NCBI GenBank assembly: GCA_050012075.1
Contig: JBEKHW010000003.1
Span: 14,690-78,689 of the forward strand
Direction of reading: 5' to 3'
Source of the DNA: Candidatus Omnitrophota bacterium
Lineage (GTDB): Bacteria; Omnitrophota; Gorgyraeia; Gygaellales; Profunditerraquicolaceae
DNA length: 64,000 nt
The notes below the pieces were generated by a model. The model had not been told where the DNA came from, did not search any database, and worked only from the letters and a program-made list of their open reading frames with translations. Each line of letters starts with the position of its first letter. The first letter of the stretch is position 1. This document shows positions 54,371 to 63,923 of this stretch, one piece after another. The translations under genes were made by a program, and so were the position numbers.

Positions 54371-55296
54371 TAGAATAGTGGTTTAAGTGCCTCTTGGTTC
54401 TTTCTGACTGATTGAGCGGATTTACCAAAAGCTTCTTTTTCCTTGCTGTTAAGCTCAAGCTCTATAACTTTTTCTATTCCATTTCTTCCTATACGGCAAG
54501 GTAGCCCAATACAAATATCTTTCATACCGTACTCGCCGGTAAGATACGCGCATACACCTATAGTGCGTTTTTCATCCTTTGCGATTGCCTTGACCAGGAC
54601 CGCCGCGGCAGCCGAAGGAGCAAAATATGCGCTACCGCTACCTAATGCCGCGACGATTTCGGCTCCCCGGTTCACTGTTTTCTTGACGAGCGCCCCTATT
54701 TTTTCATCATCCATAAATTCCCCTAACTCCACACCCTTTATTTTCGTAAAACGCGGTAAAGGCAACATTTCTTCTCCGTGCGCTCCGATAACACAGGGCT
54801 CTATTTGGCTGGGTGCTACATTTAATTCTTTGCTGATAAGATTTGTAAAGCGGCTGGCATCAAGGCTTATCCCCATCCCTATAACTTTTTTGGGGCTAAA
54901 TCCCGTCGCCTTTAAAACAAAATAAGTCATAAGGTCAAGTGGGTTGGTCACTACTACAATTACTGCTTTCGGAGAAAGCTCTTTTATACTAGCACAGATG
55001 CCTTTTAAGATCTGCGCATTCTTTGCCAATAGTTCTTCTCTTGTCATTCCCGGTTTACGGGCGAGTCCCGCGGTAATAACTATGATATCGGAATCTTTTA
55101 TCCGGGTTATATCCTCACTGCCTTCCAGGCGGTAATTTAGCCGGCTCAAGAACTGCGCGTCTTCCATATCCATGGCTTTGCCATGGGCTAGCCCTTTTGC
55201 TATATCAACAAGGACGATGTCGTCCAAACCCGCCTCAGCAAGCCGCATCGCTAAAAGGGCTCCAACGTTTCCAGCTCCGATTATAGATATTTTCAT
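54370..55296 (-). CDS. mdh: Malate dehydrogenase (LDH-like family)
   Basis: KISIIGAGNVG, ITAGLARKPGMTR and VTNPLD motifs. Confidence 0.8.
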   Translation of the reverse strand: MKISIIGAGNVGALLAMRLAEAGLDDIVLVDIAKGLAHGKAMDMEDAQFLSRLNYRLEGSEDITRIKDSDIIVITAGLARKPGMTREELLAKNAQILKGICASIKELSPKAVIVVVTNPLDLMTYFVLKATGFSPKKVIGMGISLDASRFTNLISKELNVAPSQIEPCVIGAHGEEMLPLPRFTKIKGVELGEFMDDEKIGALVKKTVNRGAEIVAALGSGSAYFAPSAAAAVLVKAIAKDEKRTIGVCAYLTGEYGMKDICIGLPCRIGRNGIEKVIELELNSKEKEAFGKSAQSVRKNQEALKPLF

Positions 55297-56378
55297 TTCT
55301 TGATTTTTGAAATAATAGCGTCGGCCATTACGCTCGTGCCTACAGCCGAGGGGTCTTTGGGATTGGGTTTTAAATCGTAAGTTACGGATTTTCCTTCTGC
55401 TATGATTTCTTTTACGGCCGCTTCTAACTTATTTGCTGCCGCTTCTTCTTTTATGTGCCTTAGCATCAATACCCCGGAAAGGATCATCGCAGTAGGATTA
55501 GCCTTATTCATACCTTTGTATTTTGGGGCAGAGCCATGCACTGCTTCAAATACCGCAGCCTTATCCCCAAGGTTCGCTCCAGGGGCAACTCCTAATCCTC
55601 CGACCAAGCCCGCGCAAAGGTCGGAAATGATATCTCCGTAAAGGTTAGGCAGAAGCAGGATATCGAAATTATGCGGTTTCTGGACCAGCTGCATCGCCAT
55701 ATTATCGACAAGCGCCTCTTCAAATAAGACTTTTCCTTCATACTGTTTTGCGACTTCCCTGGCAGTATTCAGGAATAGCCCGTCTGTGAACTTCATAATA
55801 TTGGCCTTGGTAACCACGGTTACTTTTTTGCGCCCAAGCCTTACGGCATACTCAAACGCAAAGGCAGCTATTCTTTGCGTTGCTGATTTTGAAATGGGCT
55901 TTATGGAAATCCCGGAATCAGGACGGATTTTTTTTCTTGATTTTTTTTCGATCTCTGCGATAAGCTCCAGGGTATCGGGGCTACCCTCTTCAAATTCAAT
56001 CCCCGCATACAGGTCTTCACTATTTTCGCGCACAATAATAAGGTCTATATCCTTGTAGCAGCTTTTTACGCCGGGATACGTCTTTGCCGGCCTAAGGCAG
56101 GCGTATAAATCCAGGGCATGCCTTATGGCTACGTTTACCGAGCGAAAACCTGTTCCGATAGGAGTAGTAATCGGCCCCTTAAGGCAGACTTTGTTTCTTT
56201 TTATTGATTCCAGGGTTTCCTGCGGCAATAATTCCCCGATTTTTTTAAGGGCCTCTTCTCCTGCAATCGCCTCTTCCCATTCAATTTTTACACCGGTTGC
56301 ATCAATACATCTTTTTGCGGCGAGGCTGACTTCAGGGCCGATACCGTCTCCGGGTATAAGGGTGATTTTGTGCGTCAT
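55293..56378 (-). CDS. Isocitrate/3-isopropylmalate dehydrogenase family protein
   Basis: ITLIPGDGIGPEV, NLYGDIISD and GSAPKYKG motifs. Icd versus LeuB cannot be resolved from the sequence alone. Confidence 0.75.
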   Translation of the reverse strand: MTHKITLIPGDGIGPEVSLAAKRCIDATGVKIEWEEAIAGEEALKKIGELLPQETLESIKRNKVCLKGPITTPIGTGFRSVNVAIRHALDLYACLRPAKTYPGVKSCYKDIDLIIVRENSEDLYAGIEFEEGSPDTLELIAEIEKKSRKKIRPDSGISIKPISKSATQRIAAFAFEYAVRLGRKKVTVVTKANIMKFTDGLFLNTAREVAKQYEGKVLFEEALVDNMAMQLVQKPHNFDILLLPNLYGDIISDLCAGLVGGLGVAPGANLGDKAAVFEAVHGSAPKYKGMNKANPTAMILSGVLMLRHIKEEAAANKLEAAVKEIIAEGKSVTYDLKPNPKDPSAVGTSVMADAIISKIKK

Positions 56379-56379
56379 C

Positions 56380-56880
56380 TTAGACCTTTAGTTCTCCGTA
56401 CTTCTTATAATAATTAATAATGCCGCCCGCATTAAGCAATTCCTGCATAAATTTGGGGAAAGCAGTTACGGAAAGTTCAACATTGCGGGAAAGATTCTTT
56501 ACAACCCCTTTATCAAGGTCAACTTCAACCTGGTCGGCCTCACCTATTTTGTCGGTGTCAGTTTCTACCAGTAGCAGGCCTATATTAAAAGCATTGCGGT
56601 AAAAAATCCTGGCGAATGACTTGGCTAATACCGCCGTAATTCCGGCTTCTTTTATTACGAGGGGAGCCTGCTCGCGCGAGGAACCCATTCCGAAATTTTT
56701 TCCTGTTACTAGAATGGTTTTTCCAGGCTTAATCTTGGAAGCAAATGCGGGGTCAATATCTTCCATAATATGCTTGCTCAGTTCTTTTATATCGGTGATA
56801 GCGAATTTATACCTTCCGGAAATAATAAAATCCGTGTTGATATTGTCTGCGAGTTTTATCGCTTCTCCAGATATCTTCAT
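56380..56880 (-). CDS. leuD: 3-isopropylmalate dehydratase small subunit (type 2)
   Basis: 166 aa with DNINTDFIISGRY and GKNFGMGSSREQAP motifs. Confidence 0.8.
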   Translation of the reverse strand: MKISGEAIKLADNINTDFIISGRYKFAITDIKELSKHIMEDIDPAFASKIKPGKTILVTGKNFGMGSSREQAPLVIKEAGITAVLAKSFARIFYRNAFNIGLLLVETDTDKIGEADQVEVDLDKGVVKNLSRNVELSVTAFPKFMQELLNAGGIINYYKKYGELKV

Positions 56881-57923
56881 AGTTGTTTGAACTCTTCGAT
56901 ATCCTTTACTTTTGCCATGGCAGTATCAAGAGTAATTACTCCCCTTTGCACCAGCTCTTTCAGGGATTTGTCCATAGTTTTCATCCCGTATTGGGAGCCG
57001 GTCTGCATAAGAGTGGGTATCTGCTCAAGCTCCTGCTCGCGGATAAGGTTTCTTATACCAGAGGTAGCAATCATTATTTCGGTTGCCAGGACTCGGCCTT
57101 TTCCCGAAGCATGCGGCAATAAAAGCTGGGAAACCACTGCCTGAAGGCAGTCAGACAGCTGGAGCCTGACCTGTTGTTGTTGGTGAGGCGGGAAAACATC
57201 AATAATCCTTTCAATAGTCTGGGGTGCATCAGGAGTATGCAGGGTGGCCAAAACTAAATGGCCTGTTTCTGCGGCAGTTAAAGCCGTGGAAATTGTTTCC
57301 AGGTCGCGCATTTCTCCTACCACGATAACATTGGGGTCCTGCCTTAATGCGTGGCGCAGGGCTTCTGAAAAGGAGCGGGTATCGGCGAAAACCTCTCTTT
57401 GCTTGATAATGCTTTTTTTATTGGTAAAAATAAATTCGATAGGGTCCTCTATGCTTATGATGAGGCATTCCCTTTCATGATTAATCAGGTTAATCATTAC
57501 CGCAAGGGAGGTTGTTTTACCCATGCCGGTCGGGCCGGTAATCAAAACCAGGCCGTTAGATTTACGAGCCAGCTCCGGTATAATCGGCGGTAACCCCAGT
57601 TCATGTATAGAAGGTATTTCCAGGGGCACGCGCCTGAATGCGGCCTCAGCTGACCCTTTCTGCACGTGCAGATTCACCCTGAAGCGGTCAAGGCTTGGCA
57701 GGGCCAATGAGAAATCCAGTTCTAATTCTCTTTCGAATTTTTCTTTTTGTAAATCAGTTAAAGCTGTATAAATAAGCCTTTTTAGCTCATTCCTGTTTAA
57801 AGTAGCAAAACCTGTCCTGAAGATTTTTCCGTCTATACGTAAGATAGGCGGTTCATTTTCAGTCAGATGCAGATCCGAAGCCTTTTTATCGATACATAGT
57901 AAAAGCAGATCGCGCAGTTCCAT
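56877..57923 (-). CDS. pilT: Type IV pilus retraction ATPase PilT
   Basis: Walker A GPTGMGKTTS and PilT-specific sequence (AHLVLATLHT-like GHLVLATLHT). Confidence 0.85.
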   Translation of the reverse strand: MELRDLLLLCIDKKASDLHLTENEPPILRIDGKIFRTGFATLNRNELKRLIYTALTDLQKEKFERELELDFSLALPSLDRFRVNLHVQKGSAEAAFRRVPLEIPSIHELGLPPIIPELARKSNGLVLITGPTGMGKTTSLAVMINLINHERECLIISIEDPIEFIFTNKKSIIKQREVFADTRSFSEALRHALRQDPNVIVVGEMRDLETISTALTAAETGHLVLATLHTPDAPQTIERIIDVFPPHQQQQVRLQLSDCLQAVVSQLLLPHASGKGRVLATEIMIATSGIRNLIREQELEQIPTLMQTGSQYGMKTMDKSLKELVQRGVITLDTAMAKVKDIEEFKQL

Positions 57924-57933
57924 AGTTTACCTC

Positions 57934-58016
57934 CTTATTTAGTTCATGGTTCATAGCGGATAGTTCATAGTAAGATATTTTACCATGAACCATTAACTAT
58001 GAACAATGAACTAACT
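57934..58016 (-). repeat. About 83 bp palindromic GTTCAT/ATGAAC-rich intergenic element (copy A), in the pilT leader
   Basis: Sequence cttatttagttcatggttcatagcggatagttcatagtaagatattttaccatgaaccattaactatgaacaatgaactaactac. It contains the inverted repeats ATGGTTCAT/ATGAACCAT and is roughly 75 percent identical to the element at 62046-62118. Confidence 0.7.
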
Positions 58017-59286
58017 ACATAAATTCTCTTGGGTCGCTTATGTATCCCTTTAATGCGGAAGCTACTACCGTAGCCGGTGACGCCAGATAAATAAAAGCAT
58101 TGGGATTACCCATCCGGCCTTTGAAATTCCTGTTAGCTGTAGAAATAACAGTTTCTCCATCGGCAGGCACACCGTTATGCGTGCCTACGCACGGCCCGCA
58201 GCCGGGTGCCACAATCACAGCCCCTGCCCTGACAAATATATCGATGTAGCCTGCTTTTATGGTATCAAGATAAATCTGCCGGGAGCTGGGGGCAACGATC
58301 ATTTTTATTCCGGCGTAAACCTTCCTGCCTTTTAAAATTTGCGCGGCAACTTTAAAGTCATCCAGGCGCGCATTGGTGCATGTCCCCAGAAATGCCTCGT
58401 TTATCTTTATATCCCCTAGATCCCTTACCTCTTTCACATTATCCACGCTATGAGGGCAGGAGACCTGCGGGGCCAGTTTCGATATGTCGAATTTAATTGT
58501 TTTCTCATATTCCGCATCCTTATCGGCAATAACCGGTTTTAGATCCCTTGATTTAAGCATCCTCATCTTTAGCCACTTAAGAGTTTTCTTATCCGCAGGA
58601 ATAAAACCACACTTAGCACCCATCTCAACCAGCATATTGCAGATCGTGAAGCGTCCGTCCATATCCAGCTTATCAATCACTGGCCCGTAGAATTCCATAG
58701 ATTTGTAAGTAGCGCCGTCAGCTTTCAATGTATATATTATATGCAAAATTATGTCTTTTGCATAGATTCCTTTTGGTATATTGCCCTCTACTATTATCTT
58801 TATGGTTTGCGGAACCTTAAACCAGTTTTTTCCTGTCGCCAGGGCAATCGCAAGGTCGGTCGAACCGACACCTGTTGAGAGGGCACCAAGCGCCCCGTAA
58901 GTGCAGGTATGAGAGTCCGCGCCCAACACTAGATCGCCAGGAAGGATCTGTCCTGATTCCGGTATGACCTGGTGGCATACGCCGCAGCCGATATCAAATA
59001 AATCAAACCCATATTTATTGCTGGAATCGCGCATTTTCTTATGGACAGCTGAAACGCCTTCACTTGGGGAAGGCGCGCTATGGTCTATTACCATGCAAAA
59101 TCTGGTCTTTAATTCTTTCAGGCCAAGTTCATTTATGCGGTCAATGATTATGGCGGAAGTGCCATCCTGGCCAAAAGCAAAATCGACCCTGCATATTGCG
59201 AAATCGCCGGCTTTTAAATCCCTGCCGGCATGTCCGCTTAAAATTTTTTCCGCTATCGTTTTCTGGTTCATAACGTGTTCAGCCAC
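58015..59286 (-). CDS. leuC: 3-isopropylmalate dehydratase large subunit (type 2, aconitase family)
   Basis: 423 aa with Fe-S ligand Cys motifs (CNARLDDF... GTCTN, PGCGPCVG) and the aconitase fold. Confidence 0.85.
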   Translation of the reverse strand: MAEHVMNQKTIAEKILSGHAGRDLKAGDFAICRVDFAFGQDGTSAIIIDRINELGLKELKTRFCMVIDHSAPSPSEGVSAVHKKMRDSSNKYGFDLFDIGCGVCHQVIPESGQILPGDLVLGADSHTCTYGALGALSTGVGSTDLAIALATGKNWFKVPQTIKIIVEGNIPKGIYAKDIILHIIYTLKADGATYKSMEFYGPVIDKLDMDGRFTICNMLVEMGAKCGFIPADKKTLKWLKMRMLKSRDLKPVIADKDAEYEKTIKFDISKLAPQVSCPHSVDNVKEVRDLGDIKINEAFLGTCTNARLDDFKVAAQILKGRKVYAGIKMIVAPSSRQIYLDTIKAGYIDIFVRAGAVIVAPGCGPCVGTHNGVPADGETVISTANRNFKGRMGNPNAFIYLASPATVVASALKGYISDPREFM

Positions 59287-60443
59287 TCCTCTAACCTGTC
59301 CATCCCCTTCTGGAGCTGTTCTATGTTCGTCGCAAAGCTGATGCGCACGTAATCGTCCCTGCCAAATCCATCCCCGGGTATAATGCTGACGTATTTTTCT
59401 TCCAGCAGCCGCTGTGCAAAAACAGATGAGCTGATCCCTGTTTTGCCAATGTTGCAGAAAATATAAAAAGCGCCCTCGGGCTTATATAAACCAATCCCTT
59501 TCATTTTAGACAGCCTCTGGATGCAAAAATCCCTTCTTTTTTGGAATTCCTGGGCCAATTTTTTAATAAACTCCTCCTGGCTGCTTAACGCTTCAATGCC
59601 TGCTTTCTGCGCAATGGAATTGGGGCAAGATGTGGAATGGTCCTGTAGGCGTGACACTGCCTCCGCTATATCGGGTGCCGCACCCAGATAACCGAGGCGC
59701 CATCCGGTCATGGAATAGCTTTTTGAAAATCCGTTTATAGTTACAGTGAGGCCGTAGATATCCTTATTGAGGCTTGCGATAGAACAATGTTTGAGGTTGT
59801 CGTAAATCAGCTTCTCATATATTTCATCGCTTAAAACAAAGATTCTTTTCTTTACGCAAATTTGCGCTATTTTTTCCAGTTCCTCTTTCGTGTAAACGCA
59901 TCCCGTAGGGTTGGAGGGGCTGTTTAAAATCAGGGCTTTTGTTTTCTTGGTAATATGTTTTTCCAGATCACGCTCCGTGATTTTAAAACCATTCTCCGGT
60001 TGGGTATCTATAAAACGCGGTACCCCGTCGCAAAGATTGACCATTTCAGGGTAGCTGACCCAATAAGGCACAGGTATCAGCACTTCATCTTGCCTGCTTA
60101 CCAGTACAAAAAGGGCGTTAAAAATACTGTGTTTTGCGCCGCAGGAGACAACTATCTGTTCCGGGGTATATATAAGGGAATTATCCTTGCGGAATTTCTC
60201 GCAGATAAGCTTTTTTAACTCGGGGATACCTGTGGTGGGCGTGTATTTGGTAAATCCGCTCTTGATTGCCGTAATGGCCGCATCTTTTACCGCGAGAGGA
60301 GTGTCGAAATCAGGTTCTCCGGCAGCGAGATTCACTATATCTTTTCCTTCGGATTTGAGCTTCTTGGCTTTTGAGGTTATCGAGAGTGTCGGGGAGGGCT
60401 TTATCTTTCTTAGGCGTTCGGATAAACGTATCTCTATACGCAT
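59268..60443 (-). CDS. PLP-dependent aminotransferase class I (aspartate aminotransferase-like)
   Basis: LAAGEPDFDTP and SKSYSMTGWRLGY (PLP-binding Lys). Confidence 0.8.
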   Translation of the reverse strand: MRIEIRLSERLRKIKPSPTLSITSKAKKLKSEGKDIVNLAAGEPDFDTPLAVKDAAITAIKSGFTKYTPTTGIPELKKLICEKFRKDNSLIYTPEQIVVSCGAKHSIFNALFVLVSRQDEVLIPVPYWVSYPEMVNLCDGVPRFIDTQPENGFKITERDLEKHITKKTKALILNSPSNPTGCVYTKEELEKIAQICVKKRIFVLSDEIYEKLIYDNLKHCSIASLNKDIYGLTVTINGFSKSYSMTGWRLGYLGAAPDIAEAVSRLQDHSTSCPNSIAQKAGIEALSSQEEFIKKLAQEFQKRRDFCIQRLSKMKGIGLYKPEGAFYIFCNIGKTGISSSVFAQRLLEEKYVSIIPGDGFGRDDYVRISFATNIEQLQKGMDRLEEWLNTL

Positions 60444-60474
60444 AGCTCGCAGCTCTTATGGATTGATTCTTGAA

Positions 60475-61035
60475 TTATAAGGAATCTCTTTCCTTTTTAA
60501 AGATATTCCTTATCCCTCCCAGGAACTTCTTTGTCGGTTTCTTGGCGGCAGAGGGTTTTTCTTGAACACCTACGGCTGTTTCGGGCTTTTTCTTTTCAGG
60601 TGCCTTTTCTTCGGTTTTTTCCGGGGAAGGCAGTTTTTCCTCTTTCTCTTTCTTGGGTAATGGGCGCTCTTTCTTTTTTATTTCCGTCAGTTCCAATAAT
60701 GCCAAGGTAGCATTATCGCCTCGCCGGGGCCCTAAAGTGATGATCCTGGTATAGCCGCTGTTTCTTTTCTCGAAAAGAGGGCCGGTTTCCGTAAATAACC
60801 TGGAAACGAGTGTATGGTCGCTTAGAATACTGAAAGCGCGTCTTTTCGCGCTTAAGGTATTCTCTTTAGCGAGACTGATCAATTTTTCTGCCAGCGGCCT
60901 TGCTGCCCTGGCTTTGCTTAAGGTGGTCTTTATACTTTGGTGTATTAAGAGGTTTCTTGCCAGCGATATGGTTGTGGCTTTTTGCCAGCTTGTAAAACGG
61001 TTTAATAAAAGCCCTTTTTTCTTTTTATGTCTCAT
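60475..61035 (-). CDS. rplQ: 50S ribosomal protein L17 with a Lys/Glu-rich C-terminal extension
   Basis: MRHKKKKGLLLNRFTSWQKATTISLARNLL... Confidence 0.85.
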   Translation of the reverse strand: MRHKKKKGLLLNRFTSWQKATTISLARNLLIHQSIKTTLSKARAARPLAEKLISLAKENTLSAKRRAFSILSDHTLVSRLFTETGPLFEKRNSGYTRIITLGPRRGDNATLALLELTEIKKKERPLPKKEKEEKLPSPEKTEEKAPEKKKPETAVGVQEKPSAAKKPTKKFLGGIRNIFKKERDSL

Positions 61036-61040
61036 TTGTC

Positions 61041-62033
61041 TTAAGCCTTCTTTAGTTTTTTAGAATCGATCTGCATGCCGAGCGAAAGCGCCATACCTGC
61101 AAGCAGGTCTTTAATTTCAGTCAACGATTTCTTTCCAAAATTCTTAAAGTCGAGCATTTCATCTTCGTTTTTCCTCACCAGGTCGGCGATTATCTTGATA
61201 TTCGCTTCCCTGAGGCAATTGGAGCTCCTGACCGATAGTTCCAGTTCCGAGATAGGCAGGCGCAGCTTCTCATACAGCGAAACCTCTTCTTTCGTCATCT
61301 CCGGTTCTTCCTCGATAATATCTTCTGGGAGGGAACCAAAATTAACGAATATATCCAGATGCCTCTGCAGTATATTGGAAGCGTAGAGCAACGCGTCTTT
61401 GGGGCTGATCGCGCCATTTGTCCAAATTTCTATCATAAGCTTGTCGTAATCGGTCCTCTGCCCCACACGCGTATTCTCCACGTAAAAATTTACTTTCCTA
61501 ACCGGGCTAAAAATTGAATCTATCGGGATTACACCTATGGTGGTATCTTCCTTTTTATTCAATTCCGCCGTGACATAACCCCTGCCCCTGGCTACTTCCA
61601 TCTCCATGTTAAATTTCACGTCCTTGGTGAGGGTGGCAATATGCAAATCAGGATTATTTATTTCTATGGTTTCATCAACCGCTATATCTTTCGCCTTTAT
61701 TTCCCCTTTTGCGTTCTTCTTTATATAAATTGTCTTCGGGATCTTGGAATGCGAATTGATAATCAGGCTCTTGACGTTAAGTATTATTTCCGGTACGTCT
61801 TCCAGGATTCCCGGCAAAGCGGAAAATTCATGTTCTGCCCCGGCAATCTTGACTGAGGTTACGGCACTGCCTTCGATAGATGAAAGCAATACGCGCCTTA
61901 AGGAATTGCCCAGCGTTACCCCATAGCCCTTTTCGAAAGGTGCCGCCGAGAATTTCCCGTACGTATCTGTATAGGTTGACTCATCGCATTCTAGCCTCTT
62001 CGGTAACTGGAAATCGTGCCACTTTATGCCCAT
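61041..62033 (-). CDS. rpoA: DNA-directed RNA polymerase subunit alpha
   Basis: 330 aa with N-terminal, dimerisation and C-terminal domains and conserved motifs. Confidence 0.9.
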   Translation of the reverse strand: MGIKWHDFQLPKRLECDESTYTDTYGKFSAAPFEKGYGVTLGNSLRRVLLSSIEGSAVTSVKIAGAEHEFSALPGILEDVPEIILNVKSLIINSHSKIPKTIYIKKNAKGEIKAKDIAVDETIEINNPDLHIATLTKDVKFNMEMEVARGRGYVTAELNKKEDTTIGVIPIDSIFSPVRKVNFYVENTRVGQRTDYDKLMIEIWTNGAISPKDALLYASNILQRHLDIFVNFGSLPEDIIEEEPEMTKEEVSLYEKLRLPISELELSVRSSNCLREANIKIIADLVRKNEDEMLDFKNFGKKSLTEIKDLLAGMALSLGMQIDSKKLKKA

Positions 62034-62045
62034 TTTGCCCCCCCG

Positions 62046-62118
62046 TTATTTAGTCCATAGTTCATTGTTCATGGTCAGATATTTACTATGAACTATCCAC
62101 TATGAACCAAGAACTATA
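62046..62118 (-). repeat. Palindromic GTTCAT/ATGAAC-rich intergenic element (copy B), between rpsD and rpoA
   Basis: Sequence ttatttagtccatagttcattgttcatggtcagatatttactatgaactatccactatgaaccaagaactatatt. It is homologous to copy A and shares the TTATTTAGT and ACTATGAAC motifs. Confidence 0.7.
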
Positions 62119-62748
62119 TTATTTAGAATAAAGTTCAACTATCAACTGCTCTTCAATCGGCTGCTGGATATCTTCTTTCTCGGGAAGCCGCACTACTTTT
62201 GCCGTAAGAGCTGCGGCGTCAAACTCAAGCCATGAAGGCACGGTTCGTTCCTTTGAAATCTCCAGGTTCTCTTTTATTTTCTTCAAGGCCTTTTCTTTTG
62301 TCTTTACCTGGATAACATCGTCTTTATCTACGGAGTACGAAGGAATATTTACACGCCTGTTGTTTACATGGATATGGTTATGCCGGACAATCTGCCGGGC
62401 TTGTGAGCGGGAGATCGCTATTCCCATACGGAAAATAACATTATCCAGCCTTCTTTCCAGTGACTGTAGCAGCACTTTTCCGGTAACGCCTTTTGTTTTG
62501 GAAGCGATTTTAAAATACCTGCGGAATTGCCTCTCCAGGACCCCGTATATTCTTTTTACTTTTTGTTTTTCCCTTAACTGTAAGCCGTAATTAGAGAGTT
62601 TTGTCCTTCTTCTTTCACCATGCTGCCCGGGCGCATACGGCCTTTTTGCCATAGCGCATTTTTCAGTAGAACAACGGGTACCTTTTAAGAAGAGCTTTTC
62701 ACCCTCTCTCCGGCAAAGCCTGCAAACCGCTTCGATGTATCTGGCCAT
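62119..62748 (-). CDS. rpsD: 30S ribosomal protein S4
   Basis: [23 protein letters not shown]... Confidence 0.9.
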   Translation of the reverse strand: MARYIEAVCRLCRREGEKLFLKGTRCSTEKCAMAKRPYAPGQHGERRRTKLSNYGLQLREKQKVKRIYGVLERQFRRYFKIASKTKGVTGKVLLQSLERRLDNVIFRMGIAISRSQARQIVRHNHIHVNNRRVNIPSYSVDKDDVIQVKTKEKALKKIKENLEISKERTVPSWLEFDAAALTAKVVRLPEKEDIQQPIEEQLIVELYSK

Positions 62749-62751
62749 TGA

Positions 62752-63141
62752 TTATACTCTCCTTTTTTTCTTAGGACGGCAACCGTTATGAGGAATAGGA
62801 GTCACGTCTTTAATCGCGGTGATAATGAGGCCTGCTGCCTGTAGCGCGCGTATGGCCGATTCCCTACCGAAACCCGGCCCTTTTACCCGCACCTCCACCT
62901 CTTTCATGCCGACTTCTTTTGCCTTTCTTGCTGCGTCAGTTGCCGCGATCTGAGCGGCAAATGGTGTCGATTTCTTTGAGCCGCTGTAGCCGACTACCCC
63001 TGGCGCAGACCAAACCAGCACATTTCCCTCTTTATCGGTAATAGTGATTATAGTATTATTAAAACTTGCCTGTATATGGGCTATGCCCGACGTTATTCCC
63101 TTTGCTATCTTTTTCTTTTTTGCCTTTTCTTTTGTAGCCAT
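62752..63141 (-). CDS. rpsK: 30S ribosomal protein S11
   Basis: 129 aa, S11 family. Confidence 0.9.
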   Translation of the reverse strand: MATKEKAKKKKIAKGITSGIAHIQASFNNTIITITDKEGNVLVWSAPGVVGYSGSKKSTPFAAQIAATDAARKAKEVGMKEVEVRVKGPGFGRESAIRALQAAGLIITAIKDVTPIPHNGCRPKKKRRV

Positions 63142-63166
63142 CCTGTATACTCCTTATGATTATGGA

Positions 63167-63571
63167 TTATTTCGCCGCAGGTTTTGCTGCAGGTTCTGCT
63201 TTCCTGACTATTGCCGTTCCGCTCTTACGCGGCCCTTTTCTTGTCCTGGCATTGGTACGGGTGCGCTGGCCCCTGACCGGAAGGCCCTTCTTATGCCTGA
63301 AACCCCGCCAGGAACCTATATCCATCAATCTTTTGATATTCTGCTGTATGTCCCTGCGTAGATCACCTTCCAGCTTAAGTCCGCTTTTCTGCAGTGTGCC
63401 GGTTATGCGGGAAATCTCCTCTTCGTTTAAATCCTTTGTCCGCCTGTTAGGTTCAATGCCGGCTTCCTTAAGGATTTTTTTGGAAAGGACGCGGCCGATA
63501 CCGTAAAGATAGGTTAAAGAAATGTCAATCCTTTTGTCTTTTGGTATATCAACACCCATGATCCTTGGCAT
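63167..63571 (-). CDS. rpsM: 30S ribosomal protein S13
   Basis: [26 protein letters not shown]... Confidence 0.9.
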   Translation of the reverse strand: MPRIMGVDIPKDKRIDISLTYLYGIGRVLSKKILKEAGIEPNRRTKDLNEEEISRITGTLQKSGLKLEGDLRRDIQQNIKRLMDIGSWRGFRHKKGLPVRGQRTRTNARTRKGPRKSGTAIVRKAEPAAKPAAK

Positions 63572-63588
63572 AATTACTCCTTAAAATT

Positions 63589-63702
63589 TTATCCTTGTCT
63601 TTGCTTATGTTTTGGATTAGTGCAAATTACGCGCAGTACACCTCTTCTTTTAATTATTTTGCACTTGTCGCAGATTTTTCTGATGGACGCTTTTACCTTC
63701 AT
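63589..63702 (-). CDS. rpmJ: 50S ribosomal protein L36, 37 aa (below the ORF-track cutoff)
   Basis: Manual translation gives [37 protein letters not shown]. Confidence 0.85.
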   Translation of the reverse strand: MKVKASIRKICDKCKIIKRRGVLRVICTNPKHKQRQG

Positions 63703-63703
63703 T

Positions 63704-63922
63704 TTATTTGACCCTGAAAGTTATCCTTCCCCTGTTTAGATCATACGGTGAAAGCTCCAGCTTCACCTTGTCTCCCGGAAGAATCCTGATGAAGTTCATG
63801 CGCATTTTTCCGGAGACATGCGCCAGGACCATGTGCCCGTTTTCCAATTGTACTTTAAACATGGCATTCGGCAATGCTTCAGTTATTGTGCCTTCCGTTT
63901 CAATCAGCTCTTCCTTTGCCAT
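63704..63922 (-). CDS. infA: Translation initiation factor IF-1
   Basis: [41 protein letters not shown]... Confidence 0.9.
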   Translation of the reverse strand: MAKEELIETEGTITEALPNAMFKVQLENGHMVLAHVSGKMRMNFIRILPGDKVKLELSPYDLNRGRITFRVK

Positions 63923-63923
63923 A

